A stretch of DNA of 64,000 nt from an uncultured Lachnospiraceae bacterium (GCA_964447095.1 CAYUSE010000001.1:4576-68575), one strand, 5' to 3'. Counted from the stretch's first letter, positions 38,693-48,426 are shown. A program made the numbers and translations. The notes: generated by a model from the sequence alone, not told the origin.

Positions 38693-41479
38693 TTATTCTG
38701 CATTTCTGACAAACACTAAATTATCAAGCTGTACCCATTCATTTGCATGAGCGTCTGAATACAAGCCAATCTCACACTGTCCGTTTAGGACTTCAATATC
38801 AGAAATTACAATCTCCGTCCACTCGTCGATCGCTGTTTTCAGCGGACAGTTAAACTCTTTGCCGCCGCTTGCGGCATATAGCTTGCATATATCCTGTCCG
38901 CCGCTGCTCTTCACCCACGCTTTTAACGTGTATTTTCCGTCAGACAAGCCGTCTATATTTTGCTTAATACAAGCGACATAATCCTCGCCGGCGCTTTGCT
39001 GCCATACAAAATTACCTGCGTACTGTCTGCCCGAAAGGTTACTGTTTGCAAGTCCTTCTATATTATCATATACTTCCCAGCCCGTAGGTATATATGTTTG
39101 CTTTCTGTCAGCTTCAAAATCCGGATTGTTTAAATAATTGTTGCCTTGTCCTATTTCCCACGTTCCCTTTTCCGCATCAAGCTTCCACTGGCTCAGATTA
39201 TTGAAATGCGGAATACCGCTTTCGTCCATAGTAACCGGAACCCACTGATTATAGCCTATACCGTTACCTGCAAAATCACACCAGCGGTCTCCGCAGTATA
39301 TGACTAAGTCCTGCTCACGGCCGTGAATTGTAGTGTAAAATCCCGCCTGCGAGTTATGCGCAAAGCTATCTTTCGTTCCGGGCATAATATGCGGCAAGCC
39401 TGTCTGAGCGTTGAATTTTCCAAGAATATCATCTGATTTAAAATAATATACGCGTGATGAATTCCAGCCGTATAAATCTGAGCCTGTAAAATAGTAATTG
39501 TTGTTATATTTAAACATGCAATTACCCTCAATGCCCTTTTTATCTCTCACTTCAACTGTGCCGTCCTCCTGCACAAATTCACCGTCTTTGTCATAATAAA
39601 TTTGATTTACATTGTCGCTGTCAATATCCAAAAAGTCTGATTCTCTAAGAGGCGCGACATACAAATATTCTCTGCCCGAGGTGCTTGAACAGATAACGTA
39701 TGCTTTGCCGTCATCATCCTGAAATACCGTTTGGTCACCTGTTGTTCCGTTTGCGAAATAGTCCACGCCTGACACGATTTTCTCAAATTTATAAGGACCT
39801 TCGGGTTTATCGCTTGTTGCAAACATCATTCCCGGAGCATACTGCGAAATCAGAACATACTTTTTTGTATTGCTGTTATAGGCTACGCCCATACGGCCTA
39901 CCCAGCCAGCCTCTTTCATACCCTTAGTTTCTCTTGTCATTGGATAACCTTCAAATTTCCAGCTCACCAAATCATCGGAGGAATAACAGGTAAACGCTTC
40001 AAATGCAGCGTTTCCTGCCTTTCCGTTTTCGGGATTTGCCGCGTAGACAGACGCTTCTGCATACTTAACGCCGTACCAGTAATATGTATCATCGAATTTG
40101 AATATACCGCCGCCCTGTGAATAAATAGGATTTCCGTCAGTATCCTTATAAAATGTGTCATTCGTGATAGTGTTGTCTGACTTTTCTACTGTTACAGTAC
40201 AGCTTGCGCTGTATCCGCCCTCCTCTGTTTTTGCAGTTATAATAGCTTTTCCTGCGCCGGCGGCAGTTACGATGCCGTCTGCAACCGTTGCGACAGAGGT
40301 ATCGCTGCTTGTCCATATAAGCTTTTTGTTGGATGCGCTTGACGGATTTACGCTTGATTTAAGCGAGCATACTGCTCCGATTTCCGGAAGCGTAACTGAA
40401 GATTTGTCAAGCTCAATTCCGCTTGTTTTTGTATATGGTGTAACTGTTACATTGCATTCGTCCGAAAATATTCCGCTGGCCGCTGTTATAACAGCTTTTC
40501 CTGTGCTGACAGGAGTTATAATTCCGTTTGAGGAAACTGTTGCCACGTTAATATCAGAGCTTGTCCAGATGACATCTTTATTATATGCGTATTCAGGCGT
40601 TATAGCGGCATCAAGCGTGCCGTTTTCTCCGCCTGCGCTGAGCGTCATTTCATTTTCTGATAATTCCAGCTTTTTTACGGAACCGATTGAAAGTGATTCA
40701 TTGCTTTTGCTTTCGTTGTCATAGACGACTTCTTGCCTCTTTGTTCTGGTCGGTAAATTTTTGCCGAGAAGATACGCTTTAACCGTATATGTACCATAAT
40801 CCTGCACAGCTTTAAAAGAACCTGTATTACTGTTCGCTCGGCAGCCGATTAGTTTATCATCGGCATCATATAAAGCAATTATACAAGCGGAGGTTTGTGT
40901 GTAGTCAATCTGAAAGCTTATTACGCCGTCTCCGTCAACACCCGTTTTCAGTTTTGAGATATAGCTCTCCGCTTCAGTAAGCGTCACATCGTCGGCATAT
41001 ATCTTTGTTTCATCCCATGTTCCGAATGACACAATATAATCCTGTGTATTGGGAGCTTCAAATTCAAAAACAATTTCCTGCCATTTGGTACTGATATTTA
41101 CATTAGTAGCGCTCACGGAACTAATCGCGGGCCATTCCTGCGCGCCGTCATTAAAGTTTATATCTATAGCGCAGTTTTTTTCAGCTTTCATATATAGCTT
41201 GAGCTGATATGTTACGCCTTTTTTTAAGGCCGTTCGCTGATACATTATACCGCTGCTTAGTAAAACTGCGCTTTTGCCTGTATGCGCGGTGTCTGTTCTT
41301 TCGGCTGTGCCCTCTGTGTACCATACGCCGGGTTCAGTAAATTTCCAGCTGCCTTCTCCGTACAGCTTATCTTCGAAATTGCTGTTTGCCAGCAAATTAT
41401 CTTTTTGGGCAAACGTATTGATGCTAAAAGCCGCAATAAGCAAAACAATCGCTGATACAGCGCTTATTATCTTTTTCAT
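38693..41479 (-). CDS. Secreted GH43-like (five-bladed beta-propeller; subfamily-24-like motif) enzyme with CBM-like ends and two Big_2 domains
   Basis: Signal peptide MKKIISAVSAIVLLIAAFSINTFA with SD GGAGG upstream of ATG 41479. Two Big_2 domains are present (VATVSSNGIITPVSTGKAVITAASG and VATVADGIVTAAGAGKAIITAKTE). The catalytic-region pattern is SQGGGIFKFDDTYYWYG, SSDDLVSWKFEG, MFATSDKPEGPYKF and IEGNCMFKYNNNYYF. N- and C-terminal NSNFED/NNPDFEAD CBM-like modules flank it. Confidence 0.6.
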   Translation of the reverse strand: MKKIISAVSAIVLLIAAFSINTFAQKDNLLANSNFEDKLYGEGSWKFTEPGVWYTEGTAERTDTAHTGKSAVLLSSGIMYQRTALKKGVTYQLKLYMKAEKNCAIDINFNDGAQEWPAISSVSATNVNISTKWQEIVFEFEAPNTQDYIVSFGTWDETKIYADDVTLTEAESYISKLKTGVDGDGVISFQIDYTQTSACIIALYDADDKLIGCRANSNTGSFKAVQDYGTYTVKAYLLGKNLPTRTKRQEVVYDNESKSNESLSIGSVKKLELSENEMTLSAGGENGTLDAAITPEYAYNKDVIWTSSDINVATVSSNGIITPVSTGKAVITAASGIFSDECNVTVTPYTKTSGIELDKSSVTLPEIGAVCSLKSSVNPSSASNKKLIWTSSDTSVATVADGIVTAAGAGKAIITAKTEEGGYSASCTVTVEKSDNTITNDTFYKDTDGNPIYSQGGGIFKFDDTYYWYGVKYAEASVYAANPENGKAGNAAFEAFTCYSSDDLVSWKFEGYPMTRETKGMKEAGWVGRMGVAYNSNTKKYVLISQYAPGMMFATSDKPEGPYKFEKIVSGVDYFANGTTGDQTVFQDDDGKAYVICSSTSGREYLYVAPLRESDFLDIDSDNVNQIYYDKDGEFVQEDGTVEVRDKKGIEGNCMFKYNNNYYFTGSDLYGWNSSRVYYFKSDDILGKFNAQTGLPHIMPGTKDSFAHNSQAGFYTTIHGREQDLVIYCGDRWCDFAGNGIGYNQWVPVTMDESGIPHFNNLSQWKLDAEKGTWEIGQGNNYLNNPDFEADRKQTYIPTGWEVYDNIEGLANSNLSGRQYAGNFVWQQSAGEDYVACIKQNIDGLSDGKYTLKAWVKSSGGQDICKLYAASGGKEFNCPLKTAIDEWTEIVISDIEVLNGQCEIGLYSDAHANEWVQLDNLVFVRNAE

Positions 41480-41948
41480 GATATATCCTCCAATGTATTG
41501 TTTTATATAGAATATTGTATCATATAAAAATAACCATTGCAAGGCTGATATTTGTTAGAATAACGCCGCGTTTATTTATCAGCGCGAAGCATATTTGAAA
41601 CTGAGTTTTTTAGGTTTTTTTACTTAAATCATTGATTTTTTCACAAAAATGTGATAAAATATATTGGTAAATTTATGTAATAATTACAAAAAGTAAGTTA
41701 AGGTCATATAATTTCAGTCAAAATTCTTGTTTCTATTCGGGTAATATTTTAAAGTGCCGGTTGTTTTGTTTGCCGGAATATTTAAGAATATCCGGCGGTT
41801 ATAAACAAATAATTGTAAAAAAATATAAAGGGGGATTTCAATGCTATGGTTTAAAGATGGTTTGTAGATATTATTGTTTAGTTAGAAATGTAAGCATATT
41901 ATTTTTCGAAATGTAATTTATAAATTGGAAGGAGAAAACAAGAGACAA

Positions 41949-44294
41949 ATGAAAAGAAAATACAAAAAACTTATCAGTACGGCGCTGTCGTTATCAATAT
42001 TGACAACTATTGTTCAGCTGCCGGCAAAAGCGGAACCAACGGATGTACATATTCCTGAAATACAAATAGGAGAAGATATACTTTCAAATGATGTATTCTA
42101 TCTTGCATCGGCTAATGCACAACTCAATGAAGGCGAGAATGAACGGTATTTACTCCGTCTTGCAAGAGGCGGAGATTGCACTTCCAAATCGGGAGTAACA
42201 GTTAAAATTTCTGATTTAACTGCAAAATATGGCAAGGATTATACAATATCACTGTATGGGAGCGATGTGTCAGCCGATAATCCGAAAGACAATCAGTCGT
42301 TTTTAGAGCAAATAAATGGTCAGGAATATACTGAAACACCGGTGTATTCTGATGAAGAATATGCCGAAATGCTCAAAAATGATGAAGAATTGCAGGCAAA
42401 AACCACGGAAGCGTTACAGGATACAATAGATTATTGGGAGGAATCAAGCGGTCTGATGGAAACAGAAGCGGAGATTTCGGAAGAAGACGCCGGAAGCGTC
42501 AAAACCAACCCAATTCATGAAGCGCGCGAAAAATACACAGGAATACAGGGTGAAGAACAGAGAGTTACTTCGACTACAGATACTATGCAGGAAATACAGC
42601 AAATGGCTAATGTTCTGACTGATGCGGTTGTCGGCGCAAATATTACGGTTGATTTTGAAGAAGGCGAAAGTGAGAAGTATATTGTAATTGATGTAAATGA
42701 TAATCACCAGAGTGACGGAGACAGATATTTTTATCTTATGCTTGCCGCGCCTTACGGAACAACTACGAACAGCGCCGCGTCAAGCTGCGCTGTTACCATT
42801 GCTGACGATGAAGAAAAAGTTTTATCAGAAGTAGGCTTTGCGCAAACGGAATACAGAGCAGCAGGACATACATATTACTTGCAGTTCAGCGGATTTTTGA
42901 TGAAATATGCAATGGGAAGAATAAACGTAAGAAAAGGACAGACAATAGAATTTACGAAAAAGACCGATAGTAATTTTATATATGTAAACAATCCGGAATA
43001 CATATCCAATGAAGATATTGTTGATGATACTAATTCTCGGGGATATAAAATTTTTGAACAGAAAAATGTTAGGGGGAGTAGTACATATTATCAACCCAAT
43101 TTAGAATGGTACAATTCTGATGCGGATGAAAGATATTATCCAAAACAAAACAGTTTCTATATAGGGATAGATTTTTATAATCCAAATAGCTATGAGGTAA
43201 GTATCGAGGTAAATAATTTAGTTGCAACCGAGAATAAAACGTATTTACAGCATTACATAAATAAAACAGGTGAAAACGTAGGGGCTATAACCGTTGCTCC
43301 AAAACAGCATGCACAATTATTTGATTACACTGCTAATAAGATGATATGCCACAGAATAGGAGACCTCCCCAGTTCATATATATTGTTTGATTTTATCGTA
43401 AAAAAAGCAAACGGGGTATCTATACCATATAACGAAGGAATAACTATCAGTTCATTAGCTGCATATAATTACGAAAATATGCGGCTAAAATCAAATGAGA
43501 GCAATATCTTAGTATATCAAAATAAACCTTTAAATCATGGTGATATGTTATATGGGTCAGATACAAGACCAACAGAGCATGATTTAAGGATTAAGTATAA
43601 AGGCATTGCTGAAAACCAATCAAATCAGATAGATACAAATTTAGAATTTACGGTAGACAATGGTACTCATGATGGGATTGAATTTGAACTTAAAGATAAA
43701 AATGGTATAATTAACGGAACATACCCCGCAAAACAAACAGATTGGAATGTGCAAATAAACCCGATTAATGATGAGTATGAAGCATTATTGCATACTACAA
43801 CAAAAAATCTTCATAGTTTCACATACGATTTTAATGGGACAAAAAAATGGTATTTTGATTATAAACATAGAAATACCGATTATCTTACAACAAGTGATAA
43901 TTCAACAGAAATAAACCAAAGTGTACCAAATAGCATTATAGCAAAAGCTGCTGAAGAAATTATATCAGGACATAAATCTACAGTTGGTGCTATTGATGAA
44001 TCAGCAATAGAAATGGGTTCGTGGGGTGTAGTCTATCATTATGTTATAACAGTAAATAATGTAGGAACAATAACAAAAACAGTAAAATATAGGATTAAAA
44101 CCGATGCACACCTTACACTTATTGGGATGCGTGAAAACGAAAATGATAAATACACCTTTAAAGATAGCGGTATGGATACAGCGTATCAAATACCATTTAC
44201 TATAGAAATTCCTCCGGGTCAAAAAACATTTGAAATAGTTACAATGTCAGGAGCAGGCAATGGAGGATTAGAGAATACTTTAATAGTAGAATAG
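41949..44294 (+). CDS. Secreted chimeric protein: N-terminal Calx-beta-like domain with an acidic insertion, fused to an unassigned AT-rich-encoded C-terminal region
   Basis: Signal peptide MKRKYKKLISTALSLSILTTIVQLPAKA. The Calx-beta halves are GVTVKISDLTAKYGKDYTIS and ITVDFEEGESEKYIVIDVNDNHQSDGDRYFYLML...VTIADDEE. Nucleotide composition becomes visibly more AT-rich after ~42.87 kb. The alternative TTG start is at 41925. Confidence 0.65.
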   Translation: MKRKYKKLISTALSLSILTTIVQLPAKAEPTDVHIPEIQIGEDILSNDVFYLASANAQLNEGENERYLLRLARGGDCTSKSGVTVKISDLTAKYGKDYTISLYGSDVSADNPKDNQSFLEQINGQEYTETPVYSDEEYAEMLKNDEELQAKTTEALQDTIDYWEESSGLMETEAEISEEDAGSVKTNPIHEAREKYTGIQGEEQRVTSTTDTMQEIQQMANVLTDAVVGANITVDFEEGESEKYIVIDVNDNHQSDGDRYFYLMLAAPYGTTTNSAASSCAVTIADDEEKVLSEVGFAQTEYRAAGHTYYLQFSGFLMKYAMGRINVRKGQTIEFTKKTDSNFIYVNNPEYISNEDIVDDTNSRGYKIFEQKNVRGSSTYYQPNLEWYNSDADERYYPKQNSFYIGIDFYNPNSYEVSIEVNNLVATENKTYLQHYINKTGENVGAITVAPKQHAQLFDYTANKMICHRIGDLPSSYILFDFIVKKANGVSIPYNEGITISSLAAYNYENMRLKSNESNILVYQNKPLNHGDMLYGSDTRPTEHDLRIKYKGIAENQSNQIDTNLEFTVDNGTHDGIEFELKDKNGIINGTYPAKQTDWNVQINPINDEYEALLHTTTKNLHSFTYDFNGTKKWYFDYKHRNTDYLTTSDNSTEINQSVPNSIIAKAAEEIISGHKSTVGAIDESAIEMGSWGVVYHYVITVNNVGTITKTVKYRIKTDAHLTLIGMRENENDKYTFKDSGMDTAYQIPFTIEIPPGQKTFEIVTMSGAGNGGLENTLIVE

Positions 44295-44316
44295 TATAGA
44301 ATAGGAGATGACAGTA

Positions 44317-45600
44317 ATGAAAAAAATATTGTTTGCAAATATAATTTGTGCTACATTAATTATGCTTTGCGTAACAAATGTGAGTGCAGAAAAGGTTAAT
44401 AATTTGGCTGAGAAATTAGATGAACTGATAATGGAAAGACAGTTTACGACAGAACAATTTTCACAAATGGATAAAGAATATCTTAAAGATTTTGATAAAT
44501 GGTTTTGGAATGATTATCTGCCGCCTACTAAGCTTTTAGGTAAAATGAATACAGATAGCGATGAAGCTGAATATGAATATTGTTTAAGTATGAATCGACC
44601 TGATTACTCTTATGGCGTATTGATGACCTATCTTGACACAAATAAATATGCAAAACAATATGCAGAAAATGAAGTGTTCAACTATTTACTTGATGATACA
44701 AAACAATATTGGGCTGTTTTGCATAAAAGGGGAAGTGGTGTAGCCGCCGAATTTAGAAAAGATGGTAGTCGCATTTATGATATGAATTTAGAAATCGGGG
44801 ATACATATGAAACAATTACAATAACACAAGAATTGATAGATTTGCTAAAAGATTCAAATAAAATAGAAACCATGCTTTTAGATAAAGGTGAAATGACAGT
44901 AACGGATTTAAAGTTATTCAGTATGCAAAACGGAATTACATTTTTGTATATAAAATGTGATAAAAACGAATATTTGATAAAGTTGTATGGGTTTTCCGGA
45001 TATTGTGAGTATATTCCTGAAATTGCAGGAAAAAAGTTGTATACAGTAAGCGATGTTTTGAGGTCGTTGGCAGTTCAAGAAGGTAGAGATTTGCCGTCCA
45101 GATTTGACCTGTCTCAAAATATTTCTAAAACAAAACGAACTTTTGAATCTGAAGCCAAAATGTTGCAAGACGAGGGTTTACTTAAAGGAAATGAAAACGG
45201 ACTTGATTTGTTAAAGCCGCTGACACGCGCAGAAGCGGTAACGTTGTTAGTGCGTGCGCTTGGTTTGGAAAGTGAGGTTGGAAATTACACGGACAGTCAA
45301 TTTTCGGATATTTCGTCTGATAACTGGGCTTCTCCGTATGCTGCGCTCGCCAAATCCCGAGGCATTGTAAATGGTGTAAGTGAAACGGAATTTGCTCCCG
45401 ATGAACAAGTAACGGCAGACCAATTTGCAACCTTTACTTTGCGAGCAATGGGCGAAAGGGATTTTGATTACACAGAAGGAATCAAAATGCTTGTTGATAA
45501 AGGCATAATCACACAAGAGAATGCTGAAACAATGGATTTCTTCACTCGCGGCGATATGGCTAAGATAATATATGAAGCTCGTGAAAAAGGATTGCTTTAA
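44317..45600 (+). CDS. Secreted protein with C-terminal SLH-like repeats (paralog A)
   Basis: Signal peptide MKKILFANIICATLIMLCVTNVSA. The C-terminus carries LKPLTRAEAVTLLVRALG, FSDISSDNWASPYAALAKSRGIVNGVSETEFAPDEQVTADQFATFTLRAMG and FFTRGDMAKIIY. ATG 44317 is better spaced from the AGGAG than 44308. Confidence 0.7.
   Translation: MKKILFANIICATLIMLCVTNVSAEKVNNLAEKLDELIMERQFTTEQFSQMDKEYLKDFDKWFWNDYLPPTKLLGKMNTDSDEAEYEYCLSMNRPDYSYGVLMTYLDTNKYAKQYAENEVFNYLLDDTKQYWAVLHKRGSGVAAEFRKDGSRIYDMNLEIGDTYETITITQELIDLLKDSNKIETMLLDKGEMTVTDLKLFSMQNGITFLYIKCDKNEYLIKLYGFSGYCEYIPEIAGKKLYTVSDVLRSLAVQEGRDLPSRFDLSQNISKTKRTFESEAKMLQDEGLLKGNENGLDLLKPLTRAEAVTLLVRALGLESEVGNYTDSQFSDISSDNWASPYAALAKSRGIVNGVSETEFAPDEQVTADQFATFTLRAMGERDFDYTEGIKMLVDKGIITQENAETMDFFTRGDMAKIIYEAREKGLL
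45151..45590 (+). repeat. Direct repeat copy 1 (3' ends of the tandem SLH paralogs)
   Basis: This ~440-nt stretch aligns with 46445-46885 with only scattered substitutions by eye. The upstream gene parts are much more diverged. Confidence 0.7.
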
Positions 45601-45613
45601 GGGATATGCTATC

Positions 45614-46900
45614 ATGATGAAAAAAATAATTTCTTTAATTGTATGTTTACTATTAATGATTAATACAAGTATTTCGGTATTTGCTGAAAACAATGTAAAA
45701 ATACAAGGTTTGAGAGAGTGTATAGACGGAATACTTTGGAGAGGCAGTGAACATTTAGATGTAAAATCCAAAATAGAATCGGATTATTCAAAAAGTTTGG
45801 ATGATTTAGCAAAAATGGCTCAGTCATACCCAAACTATGTGTTAGAGAAAATGGGGTTGGATCCTAATAAAGATATGCCAATTGATCAACAAATAAAAGA
45901 AGAGTTTGCGCTTGATTATGAAAAAGGATTTGTGACAAGCGCGACAAATACGCATAAATATCTTGTTGATTATGCAAACGCAGGATGTTTTTCATATTTG
46001 TTAAACAACAACAAAATGCTTAGAATTCCGCATACCGTAAGACTTGGATACGAAGAGTATTTGCTCGACGGGAATAAGTTAGAAGATTATGAGGATAAAA
46101 AATATGGGCTTCGCTATATTATTATTGATAAAGAGGTATTTGACTATTTGGAGAATATCAACTCTATTGAAACAAGCCTGCTCGAAAGAGGAGAAACAGT
46201 TGTTAAAGACATTGAACTTTTTGGCTTAAGCGATTTGACACTGTTATACATTAAAGGTGAATATGATGAATATTTAGTAAAATTAAACGAATATGGTGAC
46301 AGAATTTTGACGGCTATAGAGCCATATGTTCTCTATAAGGCGAATGAGCTGATAAGCGCATTTGATGATTACTCAGTCAAAAACTCCCCTTATTCGCAGG
46401 TGTTATCAGAACTCGTGCTTGCTCCAAAGCCGACATTTTCATCAGAAGCGGAATCATTGCAATCGGAGGGGTTACTTAAAGGAAACGAGAAAGGCTTGGA
46501 TTTATTAAAACCGCTGACACGTGCAGAAGCTGTAACATTATTGGTGCGTGCGCTTGGTATGGAAAGCGAGACCGGGAATTACAAAACAAGCCAATTTTCA
46601 GATATTCAATCTGATAACTGGGCTTCTCCGTATGCTGCACTTGCCAAATCACGGGGTATTGTAAACGGTGTAAGCGAAACGGAATTTGCTCCCAATGAAC
46701 AAGTAACAGCAGACCAATTTGCAACATTTACATTGCGTGCAATGGGTGAAAGTAACTTTGATTATACAGAGGGTGTGAATATTCTTATCAATAAAGGCAT
46801 AATCACACAAGAGAATGCTGAAACAATGGATTTCTTTACTCGCGGCGATATGGCAAAAATAATATATGAATCCCGTGAAAAAGCTTGCTTTAAAAAATAA
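45614..46900 (+). CDS. Secreted protein with C-terminal SLH-like repeats (paralog B)
   Basis: Signal peptide MMKKIISLIVCLLLMINTSISVFA. The C-terminal ~145 aa are near-identical to paralog A, while the N-terminal parts are related but diverged. Confidence 0.7.
   Translation: MMKKIISLIVCLLLMINTSISVFAENNVKIQGLRECIDGILWRGSEHLDVKSKIESDYSKSLDDLAKMAQSYPNYVLEKMGLDPNKDMPIDQQIKEEFALDYEKGFVTSATNTHKYLVDYANAGCFSYLLNNNKMLRIPHTVRLGYEEYLLDGNKLEDYEDKKYGLRYIIIDKEVFDYLENINSIETSLLERGETVVKDIELFGLSDLTLLYIKGEYDEYLVKLNEYGDRILTAIEPYVLYKANELISAFDDYSVKNSPYSQVLSELVLAPKPTFSSEAESLQSEGLLKGNEKGLDLLKPLTRAEAVTLLVRALGMESETGNYKTSQFSDIQSDNWASPYAALAKSRGIVNGVSETEFAPNEQVTADQFATFTLRAMGESNFDYTEGVNILINKGIITQENAETMDFFTRGDMAKIIYESREKACFKK
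46445..46885 (+). repeat. Direct repeat copy 2 (3' ends of the tandem SLH paralogs)
   Basis: See 45151-45590. Confidence 0.7.
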
Positions 46901-46924
46901 GTTATTATTATATGACAAGTTAAC

Positions 46925-46969
46925 GGCATATTGCATGATTAATTTTAATGCAATATGCCAATTTTTTTT
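46925..46969 (+). terminator. Intrinsic terminator after SLH paralog B
   Basis: The stem GGCATATTGCAT / ATGCAATATGCC has an 11-nt loop and is followed by AATTTTTTTT. Confidence 0.75.
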
Positions 46970-46990
46970 AAATCTCCTCAACGCCCTTGA

Positions 46991-48181
46991 CAAAATGTTT
47001 ATGATAATACTCCAAATCCCGGAGATAAGGTAAATGTAAATATCAAGGTTAAGAATGCGGGACTTACATACGCAGACGGCTATACAATCAATATTTACGA
47101 GATGAAAAACGGCGTTAAGGGTAATCTTATAGAAAACATTGTTTTTGACGGAACGCTGCTGCCGGGAAATATAAATTCGCATAATTTTGAGTGGACGACT
47201 CCTGCTGACTTAGACGGAACAAGTCTTTATGCAGAAGCGCAGGAGGGCAGTATGACGAATTACTCTGAATTTGAGTCGGAAAAATTCAAATTAAAGCCTG
47301 ATTATGTTGTTGACGGAGCAAATATTTATCAGAACGGAAATGGTTATCATATAAAATGCAGCGTTACCAATACAGGCAATGCGCCATCATCGGCTGAAGA
47401 CTCCTTGGAAATATTGCTTGCAGGACCGTATGAAATATCATACAGCTATTCAAAAGAAGAGTGTGAATTGGCAAAGATACCCTTTGGTGAAATTGGAATA
47501 GGTGAGCAGATAATGATTGACAGTGATTTTAATATTGCTCCTGAATTGTTTGAACACTATGGATATATAGATTGTTTTGTAGCAGGAAAGGACAAAGACG
47601 GAAATAGAATTACGGAAGGTGAGAGAGTCCGCCTGATGGCTGCAAGCCCGCTCGAAGTTATGCTTAACGGCAAACAATTCCCTGAAAATATTGAAATGTC
47701 GGCGGGAGAGACAATGGAATTTGATATTTCATGTGTGCCAAACAGACTTAATGCAGATTTGAACGTATCATTAAGCTCTGACGATTCGGGAATTGTAGAA
47801 TTTGACGGAACAAAGCTTATAGCTGTTTCAGAAGGAACAACAACAGTACATGGTGTGCTTTGGCCTTATGGTACAACCACTGAGGATATAACGATAACAG
47901 TCAATAATTCAATACCTGTAGTTGTAAACACTCCCACCGTAACCGAAACGTCGTTTGATTATGACCTTGTTATAGGCGAAACAGCATCAGATTATGATTT
48001 GTATGTCGCATTATATGCAGCTGACCATACTCTGTTGGGAGTAAAGAAAAATAAATCGGCAGACAAATTTAATTTGCCGATTGAAACCGGCTGGGCATTA
48101 AAGATTATGATGTGGGATAAAAACACAATGAAACCAATAGGCTCGGCTATCACATACACAGCCGAGAATATGCATAATTGA
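46991..48181 (+). pseudogene. 5'-truncated remnant of a large surface-protein gene (CARDB-like x2, Big_2-like, recurrent C-terminal tail)
   Basis: The frame is open from 46991, after an in-frame TGA at 46988-46990, and already encodes the start of a CARDB-like domain (DNTPNPGDKVNVNIKVKNAG...). The first ATG (47102) falls inside that domain, and no signal peptide or SD is present. Domain order mirrors the C-terminal part of the 54936 protein. The 47102-48181 part could still be translated. Confidence 0.5.
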
Positions 48182-48229
48182 TGTTAGAGATTACTTAAAA
48201 TAATAAAATACAGAAAGGATAAAAAGGAT

Positions 48230-48382
48230 ATGTGCAAAAAAGAAAAAGAAATAGAAAATGAAAAAGCTCAGGAGATAAACCTTGAAGATTTAAGTCAAAT
48301 CACGGGTGGCGCCGGCAAAACAACGCGTCCGCCGACAGTTACTATACACAAATATACTGAAACCGTGAAAGAAAAAGCATAA
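48230..48382 (+). CDS. Double-glycine-leader peptide precursor 1 (50 aa)
   Basis: Not in the ORF track because it is under 60 aa. It encodes MCKKEKEIENEKAQEINLEDLSQITGG/AGKTTRPPTVTIHKYTETVKEKA. The leader matches the class II bacteriocin/pheromone GG-leader pattern: hydrophobic at -4, -7 and -12, acidic at -8 and -9, and GG at -2/-1. An AAAGGA...AAGGA purine-rich SD lies upstream. A homolog lies at 62824 and a C39-peptidase ABC exporter lies 2.3 kb downstream. Confidence 0.75.
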   Translation: MCKKEKEIENEKAQEINLEDLSQITGGAGKTTRPPTVTIHKYTETVKEKA

Positions 48383-48391
48383 ATGATTAAG

Positions 48392-48426
48392 AATCCTTTG
48401 CTGTGTATGCAGCAAAGGATTTCTTA
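48392..48426 (+). terminator. Candidate intrinsic terminator after peptide gene 1
   Basis: The stem AATCCTTTGCTG / CAGCAAAGGATT has a 6-nt loop and is followed by TCTT, a weak U-tract. Confidence 0.5.

Noticed and set aside
40155-40724. 189-aa plus-strand ORF
   Set aside because: It is antisense to the Big_2 region of the GH43-like gene. Its Ser/Val/Ala-rich translation is typical of the reverse frame of Thr/Ala/Ser-rich Ig-like domains.
45247-47182. 174-aa and 177-aa minus-strand ORFs (45247-45771 and 46649-47182), and the similar 82/83-aa pair
   Set aside because: They are antisense to the tandem SLH paralogs. They appear twice only because the underlying plus-strand DNA is duplicated. 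Their composition is AT-rich and low-complexity.
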